From Spirochaetota bacterium (lineage in GTDB: Bacteria > Spirochaetota > Spirochaetia > SZUA-6 > Fen-1364): a stretch of DNA of 59,189 nucleotides. A program made the translations under genes and the position numbers. Within the stretch, counting starts at the first letter, position 1, and every line of letters begins with the position of its first letter. The notes below the pieces were generated by a model. That model was not told where the DNA came from. It searched no databases and saw only the letters and a program-made list of their open reading frames with translations. The stretch covers positions 1-59,189 of the forward strand of contig JAPLSM010000045.1 in NCBI GenBank assembly GCA_026398635.1, read 5' to 3'. Below, in pieces: positions 37,533-46,810 of this stretch.

Positions 37533-38315
37533 GTGAACGGTGACATCACCGACATTCTCAAGGGCTGGGAGTTCGACTCGGACAACCAGATACGCATCAT
37601 CCAGGCTGACGACGGCCGGCAGGTGCTCCAGGTGCGCCAGCCCCTCGGCATCGAGCAGTACGAGCTCGACGGGCGGCCGGACGGCCGGGAACCCTTCGGC
37701 CGCGCGACCATGCTCGACGAGATCCGCGCGCGCCTCGAGAGCCACCGCAGCGCGCGGGGCTCCGACGAGGGCTTCGCCATCGCCCACGACGACTTCACGG
37801 CCCTGCAGAACGAGGGCCTGCTCTTCTATTTCCGCTACCTCGTCCTGTTCCAGATCGGCGACTTCGTGCGCACGAGCCGGGACACGGAGCACAACCTGGC
37901 CCTCTGCGAGCTCGTGGAACGCTTCGCTGAGAGCGACGAGGACCGCAAGGAGCTGCTGCAACATCGGCCGTACATATTGCGGATGAATGCGATCTCCCGG
38001 GCCATGATCTCGCTGCACAAAGAGATGAAAGCCGCCGCCGAGGAGATTCTCGCGGGGGCGATCAGCGCCATCGAGGGCATGGAGGAGATCGACACCCCGG
38101 CGTTCCAGTTCGAGCGCATGCGGTCGCTGAACTACCTGAAGGCCACGCTGAAGCAGATCCACGACAAGCAGTCGTCGCCCGTCGATGGCCTGAAGGCCGA
38201 GCTCGCCACGGCCGTGGACGAGGAGGACTACGAGCGCGCCGCGTCCCTGCGCGACCGCATCCACGATCTCTCGGCCGACGTCGATGTCGAGACCGGCGGG
38301 TTCGGGGACTCCTGA
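37533..38315 (+). CDS. conserved protein with a C-terminal UvrB/UvrC (UVR) motif
   Basis: LQVRQPLGIEQYELDGRPDG, YFRYL..F, RDTEHNL; AVDEEDYERAASLRDRI. Confidence 0.8.
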   Translation: MNGDITDILKGWEFDSDNQIRIIQADDGRQVLQVRQPLGIEQYELDGRPDGREPFGRATMLDEIRARLESHRSARGSDEGFAIAHDDFTALQNEGLLFYFRYLVLFQIGDFVRTSRDTEHNLALCELVERFAESDEDRKELLQHRPYILRMNAISRAMISLHKEMKAAAEEILAGAISAIEGMEEIDTPAFQFERMRSLNYLKATLKQIHDKQSSPVDGLKAELATAVDEEDYERAASLRDRIHDLSADVDVETGGFGDS

Positions 38316-38327
38316 CCGCCCAGCCGA

Positions 38328-38404
38328 CGGCTGTCGACATCCATGCCCAAGGGCGGCTATCGACGTCCTTGTCTACGCCGCCCTCGGGCGTCCATGCCCA
38401 AGGC
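38328..38404 (+). repeat. palindromic repeat family B, copy 2 (partial plus full unit)
   Basis: CGGCTGTCGACATCCATGCCCAAGGGCGGCTATCGACGTCCTTGTCTACGCCGCCCTCGGGCGTCCATGCCCAAGG; internal 13-nt direct repeat TCCATGCCCAAGG. Confidence 0.8.
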
Positions 38405-38452
38405 TTGGCGCCTTCCCCCCTTCCTGCTATCCTCGCTCGGGAGTCCAAGGTA

Positions 38453-38800
38453 ATGGTGAAACCCGGTACGAAGATGGAGCGCGAGATCCGCGAGCGGATG
38501 CGCGGCGGAGCGGGATCCGTGGAGATCCTTCACGTGTTCCGCCAGGAGGAGCTTGGCGGCGCCGCGCGCCTGTTCGCCCGCATGCGCCTCCCGCCGGGCT
38601 CGTCGATCGGCCACCACGTGCACGATGCGGAGGAGGAGGTCTTCTATATCCTCTCGGGCAGAGGCGTCGTCACCGAGGACGGCGTCGCGACCGGCGTAGG
38701 CCCCGGCGACGCGGTGCTCACGGGCGGCGGCGCGGGGCATGCCCTCGAGAACCGGGGCGGCGAGCCGCTCGAGTTCATGGCCGTCATCCTCCGCCGCTGA
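38453..38800 (+). CDS. cupin domain protein
   Basis: MRGGAG, PPGSSIGHHVH..EEEVFYILSG, G.GHALEN. Confidence 0.88.
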   Translation: MVKPGTKMEREIRERMRGGAGSVEILHVFRQEELGGAARLFARMRLPPGSSIGHHVHDAEEEVFYILSGRGVVTEDGVATGVGPGDAVLTGGGAGHALENRGGEPLEFMAVILRR

Positions 38801-38814
38801 CCGGGCCGCCGCGC

Positions 38815-41229
38815 ATGCTTCGACTCCCCTTCTTCGGGGCGCGCCGCGCGTCCCGCCGCATCGCGACCGGTTTCGGACCTCTCTCGGGCAGGCCCTTCGC
38901 CGAGGCTGACAGCCCGGCCTACACGGCACGGTACGAGCGCGGCGCCTACCGGCTCGAGGTGCGCCGGACCGGATACTTCGCCTGGGAGCCCCTCGCCGGG
39001 GGAAGGGCCTTCGGCGATGCTGTCATCGAGGCGGAGGTGGAGGGAGACCCCGCGAACGGGCACTCGGCCGCGGGACTGCTCTTCCGCCGGGCGAGCGACG
39101 AGAACTACTACTGCCTGCTCGCCGGCAGCCGGGGCACGTGGCGGTTCGATCTCGTGTTCAACAACCACCAGATGCCCCTGGTCGGCTGGACCCCGATGCC
39201 CGAACCCTCCGGTCCGACCCGGCTCCTGCGCGTCGTGGCCCACGGGACGCGGTTCACCGTGACCGTCGACGGGGAGTGGGTCGGGGAGATCGAGGACGAG
39301 ACGCTGGCAGAGGGGGCGGTCTGCTTCGCGGCGCAGAACTACGAGGAGCGGCCGGACGCGCTCTTCCGGCTGCACCGCATCGCGGTGGACGCCCGGCCGG
39401 TCGAGGTCGAGCGCGAGCACCTGCGCCTGTCATACTACTTCCCCGTCCAGCCCGCCGCGCGGCTCGCGCTGGCCGAGACCCTCTTCGCCCAGGGAGGCCA
39501 CGGGGCGGCCGCGGTGCAGCTGCGCAAGGCGCTGCGCGGCCGGGAGGGCACCCCGCGCGAGCGGTTCCTGCTCGCCGAGTGCTATGCCCGGATGGGCGCC
39601 AATCCCCTCGCCCTCGAAGAGCTGGACCGGGTGCTCGCCGCCGAGCCGGCCCACAACGAGGCCCGGCTCGAGCAGGCGGGGGTGCTGTACCTCTCGAACC
39701 GGTTCCTCGAAGCGCGCGACCGGACCGCGGCCCTGCTCGCCGACCCCGGCTACGCTTCCGGTTCCGCGGCGTGGAACCTGCTCGGCAACGCGGAGTACGC
39801 GCTCGGCAACTGGCGCCGGGCTGCGGACGCGTACCTGCGGGCGGTCGCTCTGGAGCCCGGCATGCCGCTGCTGCTTCGCAACGCCGCCCGGGCCCTGGAG
39901 CTTGCGGGCGACCGGTCCGAGGCGCTGCGCCGGTACCTCGAGGCCGCGCGCCTCTTCGACCGGGAGGATGCGCGCGACGAGCTCTCGTTCATCACGTCCC
40001 GGGTGCAGGCCCTCGAGCCGGCGAACCGCGAGGTTCGGGAGCTCGCGGCCCGCGCGCTCTGGCGGGAAGGCCGGCACGACGATGCCCGGCGCGAGCTCGA
40101 GGCACTGGCCGCTGAGGGCTCGACCGACGCGGAGGTGCACCACCTCCTCGGCCTACTCGCGGTCGAGGCGGGCGACCGGGCCGGCGCGCTGCCGCTGTTC
40201 GAGCGCGCGGCGGCCCTCGAACCGGATGCCGCTGCGTACCAGCTGCGCCTCGCCGAGACGCTCCACCTGCTGGGCCGCGACCCCGGCCCGGCCATGGAAC
40301 GCGCGCGCGAGATCGCGCCCGCCGACCCGTGGCTCGCGAACCTCGAGGGATTGCGCCTGCTCGCCGCGGGCGATGCCGCGTCAGCCGCCGACCGGTTCGC
40401 CGCGGCGCTCGCGGCCGCGCCGCGCGAGGTCGACATACGGCTGAACCTCTCGGAGGCCCTTTCGCGCGCGGGCCGGCTCGAGGAGGCGATGGCCGCGGTG
40501 GAAGGGGAGGACGACTCCCGGATCCTCAACCAGCGCGGAACCCTGCACACCCGGGCGGGCCGGTTCGACGCGGCCGTTCGGGACTACGAGGCGGCCATCC
40601 GCGCCGACCCGCAGAACCGCGCTTACCGCGAGAACTGCGCCGCGGCATGCCTCGAGATCGACCTCGTGAGCCGGGCGGAGGAGCTGCTGGCGGCTCTCGC
40701 CCGCGAGCAGCCGACCGCGTCGGTGTACAACCTGCTCGGCAACGTGGCGGGCCTGCGGGGCGAGCGCCAGCGCGCCATGATCGCATGGGCGGCCGGCCTG
40801 GCCCTGGACCCCGGCAGCCCGGACATCCGGGCCAACCTCGCGGCGATGCACCTGGACCGGGGCAACTGGCAGCGGGCCCGGGAGCTCGTCGACGAGGCCC
40901 TCACGCTCGCTCCCGCTCACGCGCACGCCGCCCGCCTCGACGCGCGCATCAAGGCCGCGCACGAGAGCCGCTGCGACTGCGACGGCTGCGGGCGGACGTG
41001 GTGGGCGCCGCGGGAGCTCCCGCCGCAGCCGGGGTTCCAGGCGCGCGGCGAGCCGCCGGGGGATGCGCCCGCCGGCCGGTGCGAGCGCTGCGGGAGGCTC
41101 TACTGCGTGGCGTGCGCCTCGGCGCACGTGGTCGACGGCCGGCTCACCTGCGCCGACTGCGGCGGCCGGTTGAAGCTGTCCGACGACGCGCTGCGCTGGC
41201 TGTTCAACCGCAGCGTGGGTCGCGGGTAG
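38815..41229 (+). CDS. TPR protein with an N-terminal beta-sandwich (DUF1080-like) domain and a C-terminal Cys-rich Zn-finger
   Basis: AAGLLFR....NYY, many TPR repeats (AWNLLGNA, NQRG, YNLLGN), CDGC/CERC/CVAC/CADC. Confidence 0.75.
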   Translation: MLRLPFFGARRASRRIATGFGPLSGRPFAEADSPAYTARYERGAYRLEVRRTGYFAWEPLAGGRAFGDAVIEAEVEGDPANGHSAAGLLFRRASDENYYCLLAGSRGTWRFDLVFNNHQMPLVGWTPMPEPSGPTRLLRVVAHGTRFTVTVDGEWVGEIEDETLAEGAVCFAAQNYEERPDALFRLHRIAVDARPVEVEREHLRLSYYFPVQPAARLALAETLFAQGGHGAAAVQLRKALRGREGTPRERFLLAECYARMGANPLALEELDRVLAAEPAHNEARLEQAGVLYLSNRFLEARDRTAALLADPGYASGSAAWNLLGNAEYALGNWRRAADAYLRAVALEPGMPLLLRNAARALELAGDRSEALRRYLEAARLFDREDARDELSFITSRVQALEPANREVRELAARALWREGRHDDARRELEALAAEGSTDAEVHHLLGLLAVEAGDRAGALPLFERAAALEPDAAAYQLRLAETLHLLGRDPGPAMERAREIAPADPWLANLEGLRLLAAGDAASAADRFAAALAAAPREVDIRLNLSEALSRAGRLEEAMAAVEGEDDSRILNQRGTLHTRAGRFDAAVRDYEAAIRADPQNRAYRENCAAACLEIDLVSRAEELLAALAREQPTASVYNLLGNVAGLRGERQRAMIAWAAGLALDPGSPDIRANLAAMHLDRGNWQRARELVDEALTLAPAHAHAARLDARIKAAHESRCDCDGCGRTWWAPRELPPQPGFQARGEPPGDAPAGRCERCGRLYCVACASAHVVDGRLTCADCGGRLKLSDDALRWLFNRSVGRG

Positions 41230-41275
41230 GCTCTCGCCCTCGCGACGTTCTGCAAAGCGGGACGTCGCTGGGTTG
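41229..41275 (-). repeat. degenerate copy of element A
   Basis: minus strand ACCCAGCGACGT-N13-ACGTCGCGAGGGCGAGAGCC retains the middle stem and the GGC-GAGA-GCC hairpin. Confidence 0.5.
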
Positions 41276-41310
41276 ACAAAGCTCCGTGCCCGGCTACACT
41301 GGGGCCAGCC

Positions 41311-41997
41311 TTGAGCGCTAAAACCCTTCCGATCATCGGCATCCTCCTCGTGCTCGCGGCCGGCGCAGCCGGCTCGCAGGAGATACTGTCCGCCGAGAAA
41401 TTCCTCGACGCGGTCAGCAAGCAGTTCGGGGCGGTGACCGACCTGGAGGCGGACATCGCCTTCACGCAGGGCACGAACAGCACCTGGCGGGGCACCCTGT
41501 CCTACCGCACGCCCCTTTACCTGCGGATCGACTTCACCACCCCCAAGGGCCAGTTCATTGCCATCGACGCCGAGCAGCTGGTAATCTACGTGCCCAGCCT
41601 GAACGTGGTGATGGTGCAGGCACTGAAGAAGCGCTCGTCGGGGCAGCTTGCCGAGATGGTCACCGCCAAGGGCCTCGGGATGCTGACCCGCAACTTCTCG
41701 GTCGCCTGGTCGACGGGTCCCGACCCGGTGCCGCTCGACGACGGGTCGCCCGAGATGGTCTACAAGCTGAAGCTTACGCCCCGGGTCGCCTCGACCGGCT
41801 TCCGCAGCATGACGCTGTCGGTCACCCGCGACCGCGCGTTCCGCCGCCTCGAAGGCGTGCGCGCCGACGGCGAGCGGCAGGTCCTGGACTACCTCAGCGT
41901 GCGGACGAATCAGAACCTGCCCGACCAGCGCTTCCGCATCGACACGCCGGCGGACGCCAATATCATCCCCGACTTCCTGTTCGATCCCGAAGAGTGA
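41311..41997 (+). CDS. lolA: outer-membrane lipoprotein carrier LolA-like protein
   Basis: signal peptide, LRIDF..P.GQ.I..D...L.IY.P; promoter TTGACA-N17-TACACT at 41273-41300; precedes rodZ-rimO. Confidence 0.75.
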   Translation: MSAKTLPIIGILLVLAAGAAGSQEILSAEKFLDAVSKQFGAVTDLEADIAFTQGTNSTWRGTLSYRTPLYLRIDFTTPKGQFIAIDAEQLVIYVPSLNVVMVQALKKRSSGQLAEMVTAKGLGMLTRNFSVAWSTGPDPVPLDDGSPEMVYKLKLTPRVASTGFRSMTLSVTRDRAFRRLEGVRADGERQVLDYLSVRTNQNLPDQRFRIDTPADANIIPDFLFDPEE

Positions 41998-42004
41998 GCG
42001 CGGC

Positions 42005-43144
42005 ATGGAATCGATCGGCGAGAAGCTGAGGCTCGCGCGGGAGCAGCACACCTACACCCTGGACCAGGTCGCCCGGGATACGCGCGTGGCCCGCCGCTTC
42101 CTCGAGGCCCTCGAGGCGGAGGACTTCTCCGCCTTCCCCGGCGAGACGTACGCCATGGGCTTCCTCCGCACCTACGCGGAGTACCTCGGCCTCGACGCCG
42201 ACGAGCTCATCGGGCTGTTCCGCAACCTGCAGATCCAGGAGCAGCCCCTCCCGATGAACGAGCTCCTGGACACGCGGCGGCATATCCCGCCCCGGCTGCT
42301 GTACCTCGGCGGCGGGGCCGCGGTGGTGGTGCTCGCGATCGTCGCCCTCGTGCTGTGGCAGGTCCTGTCCCCGCGCACGGGCGGCGCCCGCGCGCCGCTC
42401 GCCGCCCGCGGCGCGGCCGAGGAGTTCGTGTTCCAGGACCAGGTACGCACGCGCTGGTTCACGCGCGGCGACGCCATCGTGGTGCCGGCCGCGGACCGCA
42501 GCTACCGGCTCGTGGTGACCGCGATCGGCGACACGCTCATCCTCACGGTGCCGGGCGGCACGGTCGAGATGGGCATCGGCAAGGAACGCCTCATCGACCT
42601 CGACGGCGACGCGAGAGCCGATCTCCGCGTGGTCTGGAACGACGTCGACCGCACCGCGGCCGAGCGCCGGGTCAACCTGGGCCTCTACCGGGTCTCCCTC
42701 GCTGCGGTCGAGACCTCCCCCGCAGCGGCCGGGACATCGACGGAGACGGCCGCACCCGTGACCGATGGCGCGACAGGGTCCGCCACGGCGGGTTCCGCGG
42801 CACCGCCGATGCGCCAGGCCTCCTTCAAGACGCTCGCAGCTGCCCGGGCCGAGGCCGCAGAGGAATTCACCGTGAAGTTCCGGTTCCGCAGCTACTGCCT
42901 CTTCCGCTTCCTCGTGGACACGAAGGAACGCGAGGAGCGCTTCTTCCAGCAGGACGAGACATTCGCGCTCGACGCGAAGAGCCGGATCACTCTCTGGCTG
43001 TCGAACGCCGGCGCGGTCAAGGCGACGGTCGGCGGCACGGAGTACGACCTGGGGCGTTCCGGGGAGGTCGGCACGCGCACGATCGCCTGGCGCAAGGACT
43101 CCGGCTCGGGCGCCTATGTGCTGGAGATCGCGCCCCTCTACTGA
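42005..43144 (+). CDS. rodZ: RodZ-like HTH membrane protein
   Basis: IGEKLR.ARE...LEALE.EDF..FPGETY..GFLRTYAEYLGLD, TM helix, C-terminal W.SNAGA (DUF4115-like). Confidence 0.8.
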   Translation: MESIGEKLRLAREQHTYTLDQVARDTRVARRFLEALEAEDFSAFPGETYAMGFLRTYAEYLGLDADELIGLFRNLQIQEQPLPMNELLDTRRHIPPRLLYLGGGAAVVVLAIVALVLWQVLSPRTGGARAPLAARGAAEEFVFQDQVRTRWFTRGDAIVVPAADRSYRLVVTAIGDTLILTVPGGTVEMGIGKERLIDLDGDARADLRVVWNDVDRTAAERRVNLGLYRVSLAAVETSPAAAGTSTETAAPVTDGATGSATAGSAAPPMRQASFKTLAAARAEAAEEFTVKFRFRSYCLFRFLVDTKEREERFFQQDETFALDAKSRITLWLSNAGAVKATVGGTEYDLGRSGEVGTRTIAWRKDSGSGAYVLEIAPLY

Positions 43145-43225
43145 GCGCAGCTCAGAACGAACTCGGCCCGAAGGGCGTCGATGAGTACTGACCGCCGTCC
43201 GACGCGCGACGCCCGATCAAGCCGG

Positions 43226-44725
43226 ATGGCCCGCACCTTCCACGTCGAGAGCCTCGGTTGCGCGAAGAACCAGGTCGATGCCGAGGTGATGATCGCCGCC
43301 CTCGAGCGCGCGGGGTGGACGTTCGCGGGAGCCCCCGACAACGCGGAAGTCCTCATCGTGAACACCTGCGGCTTCATCGACGCGGCCCGCCGGGAGTCCA
43401 TTGACACCAGCCTCGCGCTGCGGGCCCGGTTCCCTGCGAGCCGCCTGTACCTCGTCGGCTGCCTGTCGGAGCGCTACGCAGCGGAGCTCGCCGTGGAAAT
43501 GCCGGAGGTCGACGGGTTCCTCGGCAACCGCGACCCCTCGCGGATCGTGGACCTCGTGGAGGGGCGGCTTCCGACGTCCCTAGGGCGGCAGCCCAAGCAC
43601 GCCTCCGGCGTGCGAAGGCGGAAGCCCCTGTCTCCGCCGCCCTTGTGCGTCCTTGCACAGGGAAGGGCAGGACCTGGTGAGTCGCCCGGGCCGGGCGTAG
43701 CGCGGAACACCGCCGTCCCGGCGACGGCCGCGCCCTCCAGTCCGCGTCGCGTGCGACTGCTCTCCTACCCGGGCAGCGCGTACCTCAAGGTGGCCGAAGG
43801 ATGCGCCAATCGCTGCTCGTACTGCGCCATCCCGCTCATCCGGGGTGATCTCGCGAGCCGGCCCCGGGCGGACGTCGTGGACGAGGCGCGCGGCCTGCTC
43901 GCGGCCGGTGCGCACGAGCTGGTCCTCATCGCCCAGGATCTCGGGTCGTACGGGCTCGACCGGGGCGCCGCGGAGCTCCCGGCCCTGCTCGTGGACCTCT
44001 CGGCGCTGCCCGGCAGCTTCTGGGTCCGCCTGCTGTACGTGCACCCCGACCACTTCCCCCCCGACGTGCTGTCGGTCATGCGCGACGACCCCCGGTTCCT
44101 GCGCTACCTCGACGTGCCGTTTCAGCACGCGTCCCCGGCGATCCTGGCTGCCATGGGACGGAAGGCCGACCCCGACGCCAACCTCCGGCTCGTCGAGTGG
44201 ATTCGCGCGACGCTGCCCGGCGTCGTGCTGCGCTCGACGTTCCTCGTCGGCTTCCCGGGCGAGACCGACCGGGACGCCGAACGCCTGGCCGACTTCCAGG
44301 AGGAGGCCGCGCTCGACTGGGTTGGCGTGTTCACGTATTCGCGCGAGGAGGGCACCCGCGCTCACGGCCTGCCCGGCCGGGTTCTGCGCCGCACCGCGGA
44401 CGCGCGCCGCGCGGCGGTCGAGGAACGGCAGGTGCCGATCACGTGGCATCGGCTGGACCGGCACCTCGGAGCGGAGCTCGACGTGCTGGTCGAGGAGCGG
44501 GTGGAAGGGGAGGAGCTCTCGCTCGGCAGGGCGTACCTGCAGGCGCCCGACGTGGACGGCCTCACGGTGGTGCGCGCAGCCTGCGCCCCGGGAAGCCTGG
44601 TGAGGATCCGCATCGAGCGCCGCAACGGCTTCGACCTCGAGGGGGCGCCGGTCGCGGACCACGGCCGGCCGGAAACGGCCCGGACGGGGGACGCGGCGGA
44701 GTCCGCGCGTCCGGACACGGCATGA
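43226..44725 (+). CDS. rimO: ribosomal protein S12 methylthiotransferase
   Basis: SLGCAKNQVDAE, NTCGFI, YLKVAEGCANRCSYCAIP, W.RLLY.HP, YSREEGT, TRAM domain QAPDVDG. Confidence 0.95.
   Translation: MARTFHVESLGCAKNQVDAEVMIAALERAGWTFAGAPDNAEVLIVNTCGFIDAARRESIDTSLALRARFPASRLYLVGCLSERYAAELAVEMPEVDGFLGNRDPSRIVDLVEGRLPTSLGRQPKHASGVRRRKPLSPPPLCVLAQGRAGPGESPGPGVARNTAVPATAAPSSPRRVRLLSYPGSAYLKVAEGCANRCSYCAIPLIRGDLASRPRADVVDEARGLLAAGAHELVLIAQDLGSYGLDRGAAELPALLVDLSALPGSFWVRLLYVHPDHFPPDVLSVMRDDPRFLRYLDVPFQHASPAILAAMGRKADPDANLRLVEWIRATLPGVVLRSTFLVGFPGETDRDAERLADFQEEAALDWVGVFTYSREEGTRAHGLPGRVLRRTADARRAAVEERQVPITWHRLDRHLGAELDVLVEERVEGEELSLGRAYLQAPDVDGLTVVRAACAPGSLVRIRIERRNGFDLEGAPVADHGRPETARTGDAAESARPDTA
43562..43662 (+). 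repeat. family B palindrome with nested element A (43578-43627) inside the rimO coding sequence
   Basis: GGGCGGCTTCCGACGTCCCT[AGGGCGGCAGCCCAAGCACGCCTCCGGCGTGCGAAGGCGGAAGCCCCT]GTCTCCGCCGCCCTTGTGCGTCCTTGCACAGGG. Confidence 0.85.
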
Positions 44726-46803
44726 GCGATCCCGCCTACCTGTCGGCGCTCAACCCCGAGCAGCGCCGGGCCGTGGAGCACTTCGGGGCGCCGCTCCTGA
44801 TCCTCGCGGGCGCGGGATCGGGCAAGACCCGGGTGATCACCACCAAGATCGCGCTCCTCGTGGAACGCGGGCTGGCGGACGCGCGGTCGATCCTCGCGGT
44901 CACCTTCACCAACAAGGCCGCCAACGAAATGAAGGGCCGCGTGCTCGCGCTCGCGCCGCATGCGGGGGCCGTCATGGTCCGGACCTTCCACTCTTTTGGT
45001 GCGTGGCTGCTGCGCGTGAACGCCGCGGCCGCCGGGCTCGAGCCGGGCTTCCTCATCTACGACGAGGACGACTCGCTCGGCCTCCTGCGTGTCGAACTCG
45101 GCGGCGAGCCGGACCGGGGTACCCTGCGAAGGCTCCTCGAGGGCATCTCGCGTGCCAAGGACCTCGGCCTGTCCCCGAGCGACGCACCGGAGGACCTCGC
45201 CGCGGCCGGCTGCGATCCCGCCGCGTACGCGGCCTACGAGCGCCGCCTGCGCGCCACCGGCAACGTCGATTTCGGCGACCTCATCCTGATGCCCCTGCGC
45301 CTGCTTCGGGAGCGCTTGGAAGTGAAGGCGCGCACGCAGGACCGGTTCCGCGTGGTGTTCGTCGACGAGTACCAGGACTCCAACGTCGCGCAGTTCCGGC
45401 TCCTGCACGAACTGCATCGCAGCGACGGCTACCTCTGCGTGGTAGGCGACGACGACCAGTCCATCTACCGGTTCCGAGGCGCCGAGGTCGGCAACATCCT
45501 GTCGTTCCCGGACGCGTTCCCGGGCACCGAGATCGTCCGCCTGGAGCGCAACTACCGTTCCACGCAGGCCATCCTCGACGTGGCCGCGGCGGTCGTCAGC
45601 CGCAACACGGGACGACTGGGCAAGACCCTGTGGACGGAGGCGGCCGGTGGGGAGCCGGTCAGCCTGAGCCGGCTCGTCGACCAGGACGACGAGGCCGCGT
45701 GGTGCGCCCGGCTCGTGACCCGGGGCGGCGCGATGGATACCGCCATCCTCTACCGGACCAACGCGCAGTCCCGGCCGTTCGAGGAGCTGTTCTTCCGGCT
45801 CGGAATCCCGTACCGGGTGGTGGGGACCGTCCGGTTCTACGCGCGCGAGGAGGTGAAGGACGCGATCGCCTGGCTCGCGTTGCTCGCCAACGGCCGGGAC
45901 GAGGTCGCGTTTCGCCGGGTGGTGAACCGGCCCCCCCGGGGGGTGGGCCGCTCGAGCGTCGAGCGGATCGTCGACTCCTGGCGGGAGGGCGGCGGTACTC
46001 TCTGGGACGCCTGCCGGAGGGTCGGTCCCCGGCTCACCTCGAAGGCGCGGGCGGGCCTCGCGGACTTCGTCGCTGCGCGGGACGACATGGCCGGCCTCCT
46101 GGACTCCTTGCCCCTGGGTGCGCTGCTCCAGGCGGGTCTCGAGCGCACGGGCCTCAAAGCCCTCTACGCGGAACGGGACCGGGCCGACGGCACCTCCAAG
46201 GCCGGCAACCTCGAGGAGCTGGTCAACGCCACCGCGGGGTACGCGCCGGGCGTCGAGGGGCTTACACGTTTCCTCGAGCATTGCGCCCTGAACGCCGCGC
46301 CCGAAGAAGCGGATGACGGCGGGGCGGGGGCGGGGCGGGTGACGCTGATCACGCTGCACAACACCAAGGGCCTCGAGTTCGACCGGGTCGTCGTGACGGG
46401 GCTGGAGGAGGGCATCTTTCCCTACGAATCGGGCCTCCACGACCCGGACGAGGTCGAGGAGGAACGGCGCCTGTTCTACGTGGGCGTCACCCGCGCCCGC
46501 GAACGCCTCCATTTAACCTGGTGCGCGCGCCGGCAGCTCTTCGGCCGGTGGCAGGAGCGCGAGCCGTCGCGGTTCCTCGCCGAGATCCCCGCGCGCCTCC
46601 TCGCCCTCGAGGAGACGGAGGAGGCGGCCGACGGCGGGTGGCCGCTCGGGGCAGGGGTCTTCCACGAGGAGTACGGCACGGGTACCATCACCGGCCGGTC
46701 GGCCTCGGGCGGGAACCTCGTGCTCCAGGTGCGCTTCCGCTCGGGCCGCACGGCCCGGTTCCTCCCGAAGTACGCGCGGCTGGAACGGGTGAGCGAGGAG
46801 TGA
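44722..46803 (+). CDS. pcrA: UvrD/PcrA superfamily I DNA helicase
   Basis: AGAGSGKT, TFTNKAA, DEYQD, VGDDDQSIY.FRGA, NYRS, KGLEF, EERRLFYVGVTRAR. Confidence 0.95.
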   Translation: MSDPAYLSALNPEQRRAVEHFGAPLLILAGAGSGKTRVITTKIALLVERGLADARSILAVTFTNKAANEMKGRVLALAPHAGAVMVRTFHSFGAWLLRVNAAAAGLEPGFLIYDEDDSLGLLRVELGGEPDRGTLRRLLEGISRAKDLGLSPSDAPEDLAAAGCDPAAYAAYERRLRATGNVDFGDLILMPLRLLRERLEVKARTQDRFRVVFVDEYQDSNVAQFRLLHELHRSDGYLCVVGDDDQSIYRFRGAEVGNILSFPDAFPGTEIVRLERNYRSTQAILDVAAAVVSRNTGRLGKTLWTEAAGGEPVSLSRLVDQDDEAAWCARLVTRGGAMDTAILYRTNAQSRPFEELFFRLGIPYRVVGTVRFYAREEVKDAIAWLALLANGRDEVAFRRVVNRPPRGVGRSSVERIVDSWREGGGTLWDACRRVGPRLTSKARAGLADFVAARDDMAGLLDSLPLGALLQAGLERTGLKALYAERDRADGTSKAGNLEELVNATAGYAPGVEGLTRFLEHCALNAAPEEADDGGAGAGRVTLITLHNTKGLEFDRVVVTGLEEGIFPYESGLHDPDEVEEERRLFYVGVTRARERLHLTWCARRQLFGRWQEREPSRFLAEIPARLLALEETEEAADGGWPLGAGVFHEEYGTGTITGRSASGGNLVLQVRFRSGRTARFLPKYARLERVSEE

Positions 46804-46810
46804 GGGGACG

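Noticed and set aside
43145-43200. Hammerhead-like ribozyme between rodZ and rimO
   Set aside because: It has a GCCC-GAA-GGGC hairpin and GATGAG but lacks the CUGANGA/GAAA core
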